Positions 54,311 to 62,948 of a stretch of 64,000 nt of DNA are shown piece after piece. The DNA lies in the NCBI RefSeq assembly GCF_943372955.1, contig NZ_CALSAL010000006.1, positions 11,888 to 75,887 on the forward strand, read 5' to 3'. The stretch comes from Polaromonas sp. YR568. Its GTDB lineage: Bacteria; Pseudomonadota; Gammaproteobacteria; Burkholderiales; Burkholderiaceae_C. Position numbers and translations under genes: made by a program. The notes under the pieces are model-generated. The model saw only the letters and a program-made list of their open reading frames with translations, did not search any database and had not been told where the DNA came from. The number at the start of each line of letters is the position of its first letter. The stretch's first letter is position 1.

Positions 54311-55075
54311 TCACACATGTTGCCACCGGCCATCCGGTAGCTGCGCCCAGTCGGCATGCCCGAAGCAGGCAAACGGCTGCCCGGCCAGCTGAACCGCCCG
54401 CAGTCCGATGGCTTGCACCTGCTTGGTGGCGGCAATTTCGGCCGCGATGCATTCGCCATAGTTGGCACCGTGCAGGAAGCCGTTGATGGCCAGCAGGGTC
54501 TCACGGCGAGCAAACCAGCTCAGTGCCCGCAAGTGGCCGCCCCCATCGCCCGGATTCACGCCGTGCCGCTGCATGAAATCAAGGTAGAGATCGACGCGAT
54601 TGGCGGGTCGGTTGTTGATCAGATGCTCGCGCAGCGCGTGTTTCGCCACTGACTTCCGCATGACGTGCCAGGGCCTGTCCCAACCCGAGTTCCAGCTCTC
54701 TCCCACCAGGCCAATCGACGGATCGGCTGCGGCCTTGACGAATGCGTTCAGCCAGTCGGTCGCTTTGAGTATGCAGTCATCCTGCAGGAACAGGTAGCCG
54801 TCATAGGCCTTGAGGGTACGCCAGCCGAAATCCCACGCGCCGATGTTCATCCCTGTATTGGGTCGTTCGAGTACGACATCTGCCAGCCGATGCACCTGAT
54901 CAGTCCAGTCAACCAGCGCGGCTCCGGCACCGTTGTCCCGGTTGATGACCAGCGCCACGTCAAACTCTGCGCCCGCGGGTGTGCCGCGCACAGCGGTCAG
55001 CAACCGGACCAGTGGTACGGTCGGACGGGGCGCATAGAACGAGACCACCACGAGATGGCGACGGGTGCTTGTCAT
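54311..55075 (-). CDS. hypothetical protein, possibly a GT-A-like glycosyltransferase
   Basis: HLVVVSFYAPRP...VALVINRDNG...YLFLQDDC pattern only; weak recognition. Confidence 0.35.
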   Translation of the reverse strand: MTSTRRHLVVVSFYAPRPTVPLVRLLTAVRGTPAGAEFDVALVINRDNGAGAALVDWTDQVHRLADVVLERPNTGMNIGAWDFGWRTLKAYDGYLFLQDDCILKATDWLNAFVKAAADPSIGLVGESWNSGWDRPWHVMRKSVAKHALREHLINNRPANRVDLYLDFMQRHGVNPGDGGGHLRALSWFARRETLLAINGFLHGANYGECIAAEIAATKQVQAIGLRAVQLAGQPFACFGHADWAQLPDGRWQHV

Positions 55076-55102
55076 TGCCGGCTGCCAGTGGTGTGCGGCG
55101 CG

Positions 55103-56020
55103 TTAATGGTGACGCTCCCCATGCTGCGCGATCAGTCGCTCACGTTCCCGCTTGGCCTGGTACACCGCCTTGTGGGCGACAAAACCTGAGGCTGCATCGG
55201 TGATGCGATTGCATGCATCCAGCGCGCGATGCAACATGCAGGGCAGCTTGTGCCGGTAACGGATGTCGCGCAGCAGGGAGGGCCTGAAAAAACCGAGCTC
55301 GACCTCTTTGGCCAGATCGGCCATCGCGAGGCTGCCATCGGTCAGCATCTGCCGGACTTCCTCCAGCCAGAAATGCCCCAGCGGGTGACCTGAAAATGCC
55401 CAGGGCTGGGTGTACATGTCGGTGTAGTGAAGAAGGCGTGTGGCAGCGTCGTGGTGTTCCAGGCTGTTCCACTCAAAAGGCACTACGGTACCGATGTCGG
55501 GGGTGCCCAGAATGCACATCTCATAGACCAGCTGCTCGTAGTTGTACAAACCTGCATCCATGTCGGCAACGATCTTTTCAATCGACCAGTCCAGACGGGC
55601 ACAGTCCAGAACCATCACCGCCGATTGAATCATGCGCTTGGGGGGTGCGCCCGGTTTCTGCGTCGTCTGGTCATTGAATTTGACTTCCTTTTGCACCAGC
55701 ACCCTGGCGTCACCCATGGGCAGGTGCCACAGTTCGAGAATGTCGCCGAAAACCAGCATGTCGGCATCGAGGTAAATGGCCTTGCCCTGATAGCCCGCCA
55801 ACGCGGGAATGCAGAACCGGCTGAACGAAAACCCGGTTCGCTGACGATTGCGCGGGTCCCGGGGCTGCGGTACGGGCAGATCCAGCATGGGAATGACTTC
55901 CACATGCGCGGCGGTATGTCGCCGGATCGAGTGAGCCAATACCGGGACGGCCAGCGCCTGGGAGCGGTCAGCGCCGACAAAAACCCGCACGGTTTCCTGG
56001 TTCATGGGGGGGAGGGTCAC
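55103..56020 (-). CDS. GT8-like nucleotide-diphospho-sugar transferase (paralogue of 47889..48767)
   Basis: AIYLDADMLVFGDI, LLHYTDMYTQPW, FRPSLL shared with the paralogue. Confidence 0.55.
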   Translation of the reverse strand: MTLPPMNQETVRVFVGADRSQALAVPVLAHSIRRHTAAHVEVIPMLDLPVPQPRDPRNRQRTGFSFSRFCIPALAGYQGKAIYLDADMLVFGDILELWHLPMGDARVLVQKEVKFNDQTTQKPGAPPKRMIQSAVMVLDCARLDWSIEKIVADMDAGLYNYEQLVYEMCILGTPDIGTVVPFEWNSLEHHDAATRLLHYTDMYTQPWAFSGHPLGHFWLEEVRQMLTDGSLAMADLAKEVELGFFRPSLLRDIRYRHKLPCMLHRALDACNRITDAASGFVAHKAVYQAKRERERLIAQHGERHH

Positions 56021-58464
56021 AGCTGGCGATAGCCCGCGTGGGTATGTTGTGCGGTGAAGCGCTCGAGCATGGCGCTCACCATACGAAAATCAGCGCCATC
56101 CGGCAAGACGGTCCGCTGGCAGAAGGCATTTGACAACGCTTCAAGCGCCGCGCGACGGTCTTGCGCGAGGCTGGCGGTCACGAAGCCCGTCCAGTCGTCG
56201 GCACCCCGCAACAGGGTCAGCGGCCGATACTGATCGAGAGTGAGTCCTTCGGCAAAAAGAGCCACCGGCAGGCCGTGGCGTGCCGCGTCCAGCGCCACCG
56301 TCGATGGGGTGGTGATGACCGCTGCACATCGCCAGAACAGACCTGAGGCCGTGATGGATTCCCACTCGGGCAATCGGGGATCGGCGATCAGGATGTTGGG
56401 CTGATCGGGCAAGTCGCCCTGGAAGCGACGCGTCAACCAGAGTCCTGCATTGTGTGGCTTCACCAAAAACAGGACGCCCGGATGTCGCCGTGCAAGTGCA
56501 TTGACATGGTGAATAAAAGCCTGGCGCTGGGTATCTGAATAACGCTTCCAGTGAAGATTTTCAAAAACCCCGATCACCGTCTGCCCGGGCGGTACCGTGT
56601 CCGGGAGCGCGGCCGGCTTGCCCTGTGCCGGCTTGGGGCAGCCCACCGGCAGGCATTTGGCCCGGGTGGATGCGGGAATCGCGGGGTGCAGTGTTTCCCT
56701 GTCGCCCCAGATGAATACATGGCGCGCCTCAAAGCGGACCTTCCGGATGGGCTGGATCGCATCGTCGTAAGTCAAGCCCACATTCTCGAAGCCATGCTGC
56801 ATGGTCCAGGTCGGCAATCCGACGCGGTTGGCCATCCGGGTGAGTTGATGGTTGAATGCGTGCGGCCGCAGGTTACTCTCCGAGAAGGTCAGCAGCGCCT
56901 CGGCGGCAGGCGGGAAACGGAACGACCTGTCGAGCAGCGTCATGTGCACGAAGAGGTGCTGATCACAGTAGCGCGCCAGCAGCGCGGCGATATCGGCTCG
57001 TGCCGAGCGAACCCTATCATCACAAAGTACGAGTACGGATATGCCCATCTGCCGCGCTGCGCTGAGAATGGGAATGGTCAGGTCGATGTCCATGATCAGC
57101 TGCAATGCCACCACGAGCCGCACGCCCGGGGACCACGCTGTCATCGGGTCTCGGGTGTCCCGGGATTGCCGCGCGGATTCAAGCACCTCCAGCCATCGCG
57201 AGGCAATGTTGCTGACGCTGAAATGGCGCTGGATGAGCGCCTGGCCCTGCGCGACATCCTGCCGGGCGCGGGCCGCATCCGACAGATAAAGGCGCATACC
57301 CTCCACGAAGGCGCCGTCGTAGATGCTTCCGGACAGGTCGGCAAGTGCTGGTGTCGGTGTTGCCACCACCGGCCTGCCCGCTTGCAGCGCCAGCACTGTC
57401 CGGTTGGCAGATTTGCACACGCTGAATGCATCCAGTGAGTTGGGGATAACCACCACTGCAGCCGTTTGCAGCTGCGCCGCCATGGCGGCCTCGCTCCATT
57501 CGACGTAGCGGCTCCTTATCTTCATGGGCCGGATGTGTTGGTCGTACTTGTCGCGATGGTTGGAGACCACGACGAGCTCGACATCAAACTCACGGGCAAC
57601 CTGCTCCAGATCGGACTGAATCAGCAACAGATCGAGCATGCCGAAGCGTGCATGTTCTGCACCGTGAATTCCGAACCACAGGATCTGGCGCGGGGCTGCT
57701 GCAGCCGGAGTGTCCATGCGGGATGATGGAGCTGTCCTGGCTGGCTGTGCCCCCCCGCGCCGCAGGACTGGTGACTGCAACCGTTTGAACCCGGCTGATC
57801 CGATGGCGCGGGGAATCTCCTGCCAGACGGCACGCTTCAGCTTCTTCTGGAAGGGCTCCCACAGCAGCCAGCCAAAGTCCTGCGCACGATGGACCGAGCG
57901 CCGGGCGCGCCGGAAAAGCGCGCGGAGCGAAAGGCGGTGCTGCTGTCGCTGCGCCTCGGCAAGCCTCACGGCCACCCCTGATCGCTGTTGCTCGTCCTCA
58001 ATACCGTCCGGGATGACCAGCACGCTCGGCGGGTTCGCGACGTGCTGACGTACCAGCTCGGCCAGTGGAGCTGTTGAGACGACCACGGCGCAGGCCGACT
58101 GCGCGATGGCTGCAAACACGTCTCCCGGCAGAGGAGCCAGTGCCGCTGTGGACTGACCGTAGCCACTTGCGAAGATGTTGTCGCACAGGTCAAGGACCAG
58201 CGGAACACGCCGCCTTGCAGCCCTTTGCGCGAGCTCAAAGTCCTGGACTGCAAGTCCTTTCACGATGACCAGAACGTCCAGATCATCCAGATTGACGGAG
58301 TACGGGTCTGAAAAGATCCGGCATTCCACCTGGTCGGCTTCCAGCCCCAAAGTCGGCAGCACGGCCCGATACCGCACACTGGCCACTCGGTGGGCAAGTG
58401 TGGCTACTTTCCAACCCACCACCAAGCGGCGCCCACCGGGATCCAGAGATTCTTGACGCGTCAA
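56017..58464 (-). CDS. large multi-domain GT-B-like glycosyltransferase (815 aa)
   Basis: Repeated Rossmann-like halves. No sharp motif recognised. In-operon position, with a 4-nt overlap with the downstream gene. Confidence 0.4.
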   Translation of the reverse strand: MTRQESLDPGGRRLVVGWKVATLAHRVASVRYRAVLPTLGLEADQVECRIFSDPYSVNLDDLDVLVIVKGLAVQDFELAQRAARRRVPLVLDLCDNIFASGYGQSTAALAPLPGDVFAAIAQSACAVVVSTAPLAELVRQHVANPPSVLVIPDGIEDEQQRSGVAVRLAEAQRQQHRLSLRALFRRARRSVHRAQDFGWLLWEPFQKKLKRAVWQEIPRAIGSAGFKRLQSPVLRRGGAQPARTAPSSRMDTPAAAAPRQILWFGIHGAEHARFGMLDLLLIQSDLEQVAREFDVELVVVSNHRDKYDQHIRPMKIRSRYVEWSEAAMAAQLQTAAVVVIPNSLDAFSVCKSANRTVLALQAGRPVVATPTPALADLSGSIYDGAFVEGMRLYLSDAARARQDVAQGQALIQRHFSVSNIASRWLEVLESARQSRDTRDPMTAWSPGVRLVVALQLIMDIDLTIPILSAARQMGISVLVLCDDRVRSARADIAALLARYCDQHLFVHMTLLDRSFRFPPAAEALLTFSESNLRPHAFNHQLTRMANRVGLPTWTMQHGFENVGLTYDDAIQPIRKVRFEARHVFIWGDRETLHPAIPASTRAKCLPVGCPKPAQGKPAALPDTVPPGQTVIGVFENLHWKRYSDTQRQAFIHHVNALARRHPGVLFLVKPHNAGLWLTRRFQGDLPDQPNILIADPRLPEWESITASGLFWRCAAVITTPSTVALDAARHGLPVALFAEGLTLDQYRPLTLLRGADDWTGFVTASLAQDRRAALEALSNAFCQRTVLPDGADFRMVSAMLERFTAQHTHAGYRQL

Positions 58465-58478
58465 TTTCGGGGCACCGT

Positions 58479-59759
58479 CTACAGGCGCCAGAGGTTGACG
58501 CCCGGCAAGGCCGAAGCCACGGCAGCAAACCGGGCCTTCACATCAATGAAGCACCCCCCTTGCTTGAGCAGATTGGTATAGGCCGAAGCGGGCTTTGAGA
58601 GGAGGGTGTCATGTTCCACCGAGACCACCAGCGCATCTGCGACGGGTAGCGCATCCCACGCGAGAAGGTCCAGACCATACTCGTGGCTGGCATCTTCTGC
58701 ATCTGCAACCGGATCGTGCACAAACACCTGCAGGCCATAGGATCGCAGCTCCACAATCAGGTCCCACGCCTTCGAGTTCCGGAGGTCGGGCACGTTCTCC
58801 TTGAAGGTGATGCCCAGCACATTCACCTTGGCGCCCTTGATCGGGCTCCCCGTCTGGATCAACTGCTTGACCGTCTGCTCGGCAATGAACTTGCCCATGT
58901 GGTCATTGATGCGCCGGCCCGCCAGAATGACCTCGGGGTGGTATCCCAGCATCTGGGCCTTGTAGGTCAGGTAGTACGGGTCCACGCCGATGCAGTGCCC
59001 GCCGACCAGACCGGGGCGAAAGGGCAGGAAGTTCCATTTAGTGCCTGCCGCTTCCAGCACCTCCAGGGTGTCGATGTCCATCATGTTGAAGATGACAGCC
59101 AGTTCGTTCATCAGCGCGATATTCAGGTCACGCTGGGTGTTTTCAATCACCTTGGCGGCTTCCGCCACCTTGAGTGAGGAGACGCGGTGAATGCCGGCCG
59201 CAACGACCTGTTCATAAAGCGATGCCACACGCTCCAGTGTGGCGGGGCTGTCCCCAGCGACGACCTTGACGGTGCTCGACAGGGTGTGCTGCCGGTCGCC
59301 CGGGTTGATTCGCTCAGGCGAATAGGCCACATGAAAATCGCGTTTCCATGTCAGGCCCGACACACGCTCCAGTACCGGGATGCACACCTCCTCGGTCGCT
59401 CCGGGATAAACCGTGGATTCATACACCACCGTGGCACCGCGCTTGAGATGTTTGCCGACGTCTTCGCTGGCGCGGATCAACGGCTGCAGATCTGGCTTGC
59501 GGGCGCTGTCGATGGGTGTGGGAACAGCAATGATGAATACATCGGCGCCAGCCAGCCGGGTCGCGTTGTCCGTGAAAGTGAGGTGTGTTGCCGTGCGCAG
59601 GTCCTCGCCCGAGACAGTTCCGCCCGGATCCACACCGCGCCCATAGCTCTGGATCTTTTGCGACGACAGGTCGTAACCGACGGTGGGCATCAGCCTGCCA
59701 AACGCAACGGCCAGTGGAAGCCCGACGTAGCCGAGCCCGACGATGGCGACTACTTCCAT
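58479..59759 (-). CDS. nucleotide-sugar dehydrogenase (WbpO/TviB/Cap5O-like UDP-N-acetylhexosamine dehydrogenase family)
   Basis: VAIVGLGYVGLPLAVAF, catalytic GGHCIGVDPYY. Confidence 0.85.
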   Translation of the reverse strand: MEVVAIVGLGYVGLPLAVAFGRLMPTVGYDLSSQKIQSYGRGVDPGGTVSGEDLRTATHLTFTDNATRLAGADVFIIAVPTPIDSARKPDLQPLIRASEDVGKHLKRGATVVYESTVYPGATEEVCIPVLERVSGLTWKRDFHVAYSPERINPGDRQHTLSSTVKVVAGDSPATLERVASLYEQVVAAGIHRVSSLKVAEAAKVIENTQRDLNIALMNELAVIFNMMDIDTLEVLEAAGTKWNFLPFRPGLVGGHCIGVDPYYLTYKAQMLGYHPEVILAGRRINDHMGKFIAEQTVKQLIQTGSPIKGAKVNVLGITFKENVPDLRNSKAWDLIVELRSYGLQVFVHDPVADAEDASHEYGLDLLAWDALPVADALVVSVEHDTLLSKPASAYTNLLKQGGCFIDVKARFAAVASALPGVNLWRL

Positions 59760-59996
59760 GGCGTGGCTGGCCTGCTCATCGGGTGTGGTCGTTTTTTCTG
59801 CATGGTCGGTTGATTCCGCGCGCCTCGGATGGAGAGGGGCGTCGCCATGCTACCGCATGCAGGGCGGGTGAGGCCATCTTCCCTGCCCGGAGTGTGCTGC
59901 TAGCATGCCAACCCATGGCGACCCGGTGACGCCGCAACTGACCTGGCCCTGAGCCAGAAGAGTCAATCACCTCGATCACAAGTCCGCCTTTCATCC

Positions 59997-61544
59997 ATGC
60001 AGTCACTCGCCGTTTTTACCCTGATCGTGCTGCCGTGGATGAATCCGTTCGCTCCAGGCCCCAGTCCTGCCACCCTTCCCCTGCTGTTTTCGCTGGGCTG
60101 TGCCACCCTGCTGGCGGCTTGCCTCTGGTGTGGCCCACGGCAATTTTTGCAGACACGTCTGGCAGAGGTGACCGCATGGGCGTGGCTGGCGGCGGGACTG
60201 CTCAGCAGCGGGGTGGGTCTGCTCCAGTATTTCGGCATCGCGGACCTGTTCAGCCCATGGATCAGCCAGACACGCCCTGGCGAAGCCTTTGCCAACCTGC
60301 GTCAACGCAACCAGTTTGCCAGCCTCTGCAACATGGCCCTGGTCGGGCTGCTTTTTCTTGCCTGGCGGGCTGGTGCGTCCGGTGCGGGGCTACGGCAACC
60401 GCCGGGCCGGTGGCCATGGTTGTGGCCGTTGCTGGCCCTGGTTCTGGCCGCCGGCAATGCCGCGTCCGCATCCCGCACTGGAACGCTTCAGCTTCTTCTG
60501 GTGTGCGGCCTGTTTTGGTGGTGGGGTGGGTGGCAGCAGCCACGCAGCCGGTGGGTGATGGTCGCCGCGGTGATGGGCTATGTGGCTGCGTCCTTCTTGC
60601 TGCCGTGGCTGGCGGGACTGGACCCCTTCAACAACGGGGCTGCGGCCCGCTTCCGTGCGGGCGACGCCGTGTGCGTGAGCCGCTTGACCCTGTGGTCCAA
60701 CGTCCTGCACCTGATCAGTCTGCGGCCATTGTTCGGGTGGGGCTGGGGCGAGCTGGACTATGCGCACTACATGGTGTTGTACGCTGAGCCACGGTTTTGC
60801 GAAATCTTGGGCAATGCGCACAACCTGCCGCTTCACCTCGCCGTTGAGCTGGGTATTCCGGTGGCGATGGTGGTCTGCGGGGCTTGCAGCTGTCTCGTGG
60901 TGCGCGCCCGCCCCTGGCGGGAAACCTGCCCGGCCCGCCAGATGGCCTGGGGCGTGCTGGCGGTGTTGGCGCTGCACAGCCTGCTCGAATACCCGCTCTG
61001 GTATGGACCGTTCCAGATGACCGTGGGGCTCTGTGTGCTGCTGCTGTGGCGATCCAGTCCAGGCCCTGCGTCGCTTTCGCCAGACTCACCAGACTCGTCA
61101 GACCCGCCCGTGTCGCCACAGGTCTTGCTGTTCTCGGGCGTCGCTTCGGCGGCCGTGTTGACTGCGTTGGTGCTGGCTGCCCTGGACTATCGCCGCGTCC
61201 GCCAGATTTACCTGCCGGAGCAGCAACGCGACGCGGCGTATCAAACCGATACCGTGAACAGGATCCGTGACACCCGGCTGTTCATGGACCAGGTGCGTTT
61301 TGCCGAGCTGAGCATCACGCCCTTGGCGCCGGACAATGCCCGCTGGACATTTGATACCGCCCAAGCCCTGCTGCATTTTTCGCCGGAGCCCCGCGTGATC
61401 GAAAAGCTCATCGAAAGCGCCGTCATGCTGGGGCGCGATGACGAGGCGCTGATGCATCTGGCGCGTTACCGGGCTGCGTTCCCGCAAGACTACGCCCGCT
61501 GGCAACGCACAGTGGCCATGCCGGCGGCGCAGCCACCGCAGTAG
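59997..61544 (+). CDS. pglL: PglL/PilO-family O-oligosaccharyltransferase (O-antigen ligase superfamily)
   Basis: Polytopic. LFGWGWGELDY...GNAHNLPLHLAVELG and HSLLEYPLWY (Neisseria PglL has HSMLEYPLWY). C-terminal soluble helical domain LLHFSPEPRVIEKLIESAVMLGRDDEAL. Confidence 0.75.
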   Translation: MQSLAVFTLIVLPWMNPFAPGPSPATLPLLFSLGCATLLAACLWCGPRQFLQTRLAEVTAWAWLAAGLLSSGVGLLQYFGIADLFSPWISQTRPGEAFANLRQRNQFASLCNMALVGLLFLAWRAGASGAGLRQPPGRWPWLWPLLALVLAAGNAASASRTGTLQLLLVCGLFWWWGGWQQPRSRWVMVAAVMGYVAASFLLPWLAGLDPFNNGAAARFRAGDAVCVSRLTLWSNVLHLISLRPLFGWGWGELDYAHYMVLYAEPRFCEILGNAHNLPLHLAVELGIPVAMVVCGACSCLVVRARPWRETCPARQMAWGVLAVLALHSLLEYPLWYGPFQMTVGLCVLLLWRSSPGPASLSPDSPDSSDPPVSPQVLLFSGVASAAVLTALVLAALDYRRVRQIYLPEQQRDAAYQTDTVNRIRDTRLFMDQVRFAELSITPLAPDNARWTFDTAQALLHFSPEPRVIEKLIESAVMLGRDDEALMHLARYRAAFPQDYARWQRTVAMPAAQPPQ

Positions 61545-61580
61545 GGCCGACAGGGCTGCCCTTCCCTTCCCTGCTGCCGC

Positions 61581-62081
61581 TCAGGCGCTGGTGAAGCTGC
61601 CCGATTTGCCGCCGTGCTTTTCCAGCAACTTGACGTCGGTGATCGTCATGCCCCGGTCCATCGCCTTGCACATGTCGTAGATGGTAAGCAGGGCGATCTG
61701 GACGGCGGTGAGCGCTTCCATCTCGACGCCAGTCGGGCCGACAGTCTCTGCCGTGGCGCGGCAGGTGATTGCAGCGTTTGGCTCGTCGATGGAAAATTCA
61801 ACAGTGGCCCGTGTGAGCGCCAGGGGGTGGCACAGCGGGATCAAGTCGCTGGTTTTCTTGGTCGCCATGATCCCTGCGATGCGCGCAATGCCCAGCACAT
61901 CGCCCTTTTTGGCCGATCCGCCCAGGATCACGGCCAAGGTAGGCGGACCCATCAGGATGCGGCCCTGTGCAACGGCGATGCGGTGGGTCGCTGCCTTGGC
62001 GCTGACGTCCACCATGTGCGCCATGCCCTGGCTGTCGAAGTGGGTGAGTGGTGACTGAGAAACCATGCTGTTACAGAACAT
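61581..62081 (-). CDS. moaC: cyclic pyranopterin monophosphate synthase MoaC
   Basis: [36 protein letters not shown]. The start may be Met6 (62066). Confidence 0.9.
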   Translation of the reverse strand: MFCNSMVSQSPLTHFDSQGMAHMVDVSAKAATHRIAVAQGRILMGPPTLAVILGGSAKKGDVLGIARIAGIMATKKTSDLIPLCHPLALTRATVEFSIDEPNAAITCRATAETVGPTGVEMEALTAVQIALLTIYDMCKAMDRGMTITDVKLLEKHGGKSGSFTSA

Positions 62082-62107
62082 TTACAACCATCCAGCATCA
62101 TAAGACC

Positions 62108-62884
62108 ATGTGGACCAACGAGCATTCCTGGAAGGCGCGGTGCCGAGCCTCTGGAATTCACCTGACGATCAGCCTGGCGGTGGCGGCTTTTGCTGCGGCT
62201 CTGGTATTCGGACTCTGGTATCCCTATCCGTACCGCGAAATTTCCGGCGGGCGGGATCTTTTCTGGCTGGTCGTCACAGTGGATGTGGTGATGGGGCCCC
62301 TGCTGACACTGGCCATTTTTGACACCAGAAAGCCGTGGCGTGTGCTCAGACGCGACCTGGTCGTGATCGGCCTGCTGCAACTGGGCGCCCTGTTTTATGG
62401 CCTGTGGACGGTCGCTGCGGCGCGCCCGGTGCATCTGGTCTTCGAGATCGACCGCTTCCGCGTGGTGCATGCGGTTGATGTCCCGCCGCAGCTGCTGGGC
62501 CAGGCGCCCGAGCGTCTGCGCTCCCTGCCTCTGACCGGCCCGACGCTGCTGTCGGTGCGGGGCTTCCACAACGACCAGGAGAAACTCAATGTCACGATGG
62601 AGGCCATGGCCGGCATCGACATCGGGAGCCGGCCGGAACTGTGGCAGAGTTACGAGGCGGCCAAACCGCAGGTGCTTGCCGAAATGCGCCCACTGACGGA
62701 GCTCAAGGCGCGGTTCCCCCAGCAGGCAGCTGACATTGACGAGGCGCTGAAGCCCCGCCGTGAGGGCCGACTTGACAGCGCCATCGGTTTCATTCCCTTG
62801 GCTTCCCGGCTGAGCTTCTGGACGGTTCTGCTCGACACCCAAACTGCGGAGGTCATTGCTTTTGTTCCGATTGATTCCTTCTGA
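62108..62884 (+). CDS. TfpX/TfpZ/FimB-like type IV pilin accessory protein (membrane)
   Basis: ORF 62048..62884 trimmed to ATG 62108. N-terminal TM helices and the pattern SGGRDLFWLVVTVDVVMGPLLTLAIF...LQLGALFYGLW...ARPVHLVFEIDRFRVV, recalled from that family. Recognition is from memory only. Confidence 0.5.
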   Translation: MWTNEHSWKARCRASGIHLTISLAVAAFAAALVFGLWYPYPYREISGGRDLFWLVVTVDVVMGPLLTLAIFDTRKPWRVLRRDLVVIGLLQLGALFYGLWTVAAARPVHLVFEIDRFRVVHAVDVPPQLLGQAPERLRSLPLTGPTLLSVRGFHNDQEKLNVTMEAMAGIDIGSRPELWQSYEAAKPQVLAEMRPLTELKARFPQQAADIDEALKPRREGRLDSAIGFIPLASRLSFWTVLLDTQTAEVIAFVPIDSF

Positions 62885-62948
62885 TTCCTTCAACCGCCCC
62901 CGTCGGTTCAGCCCTTCCAGCGGCCAGCCCCGACCCGCGCGGCGAGCT

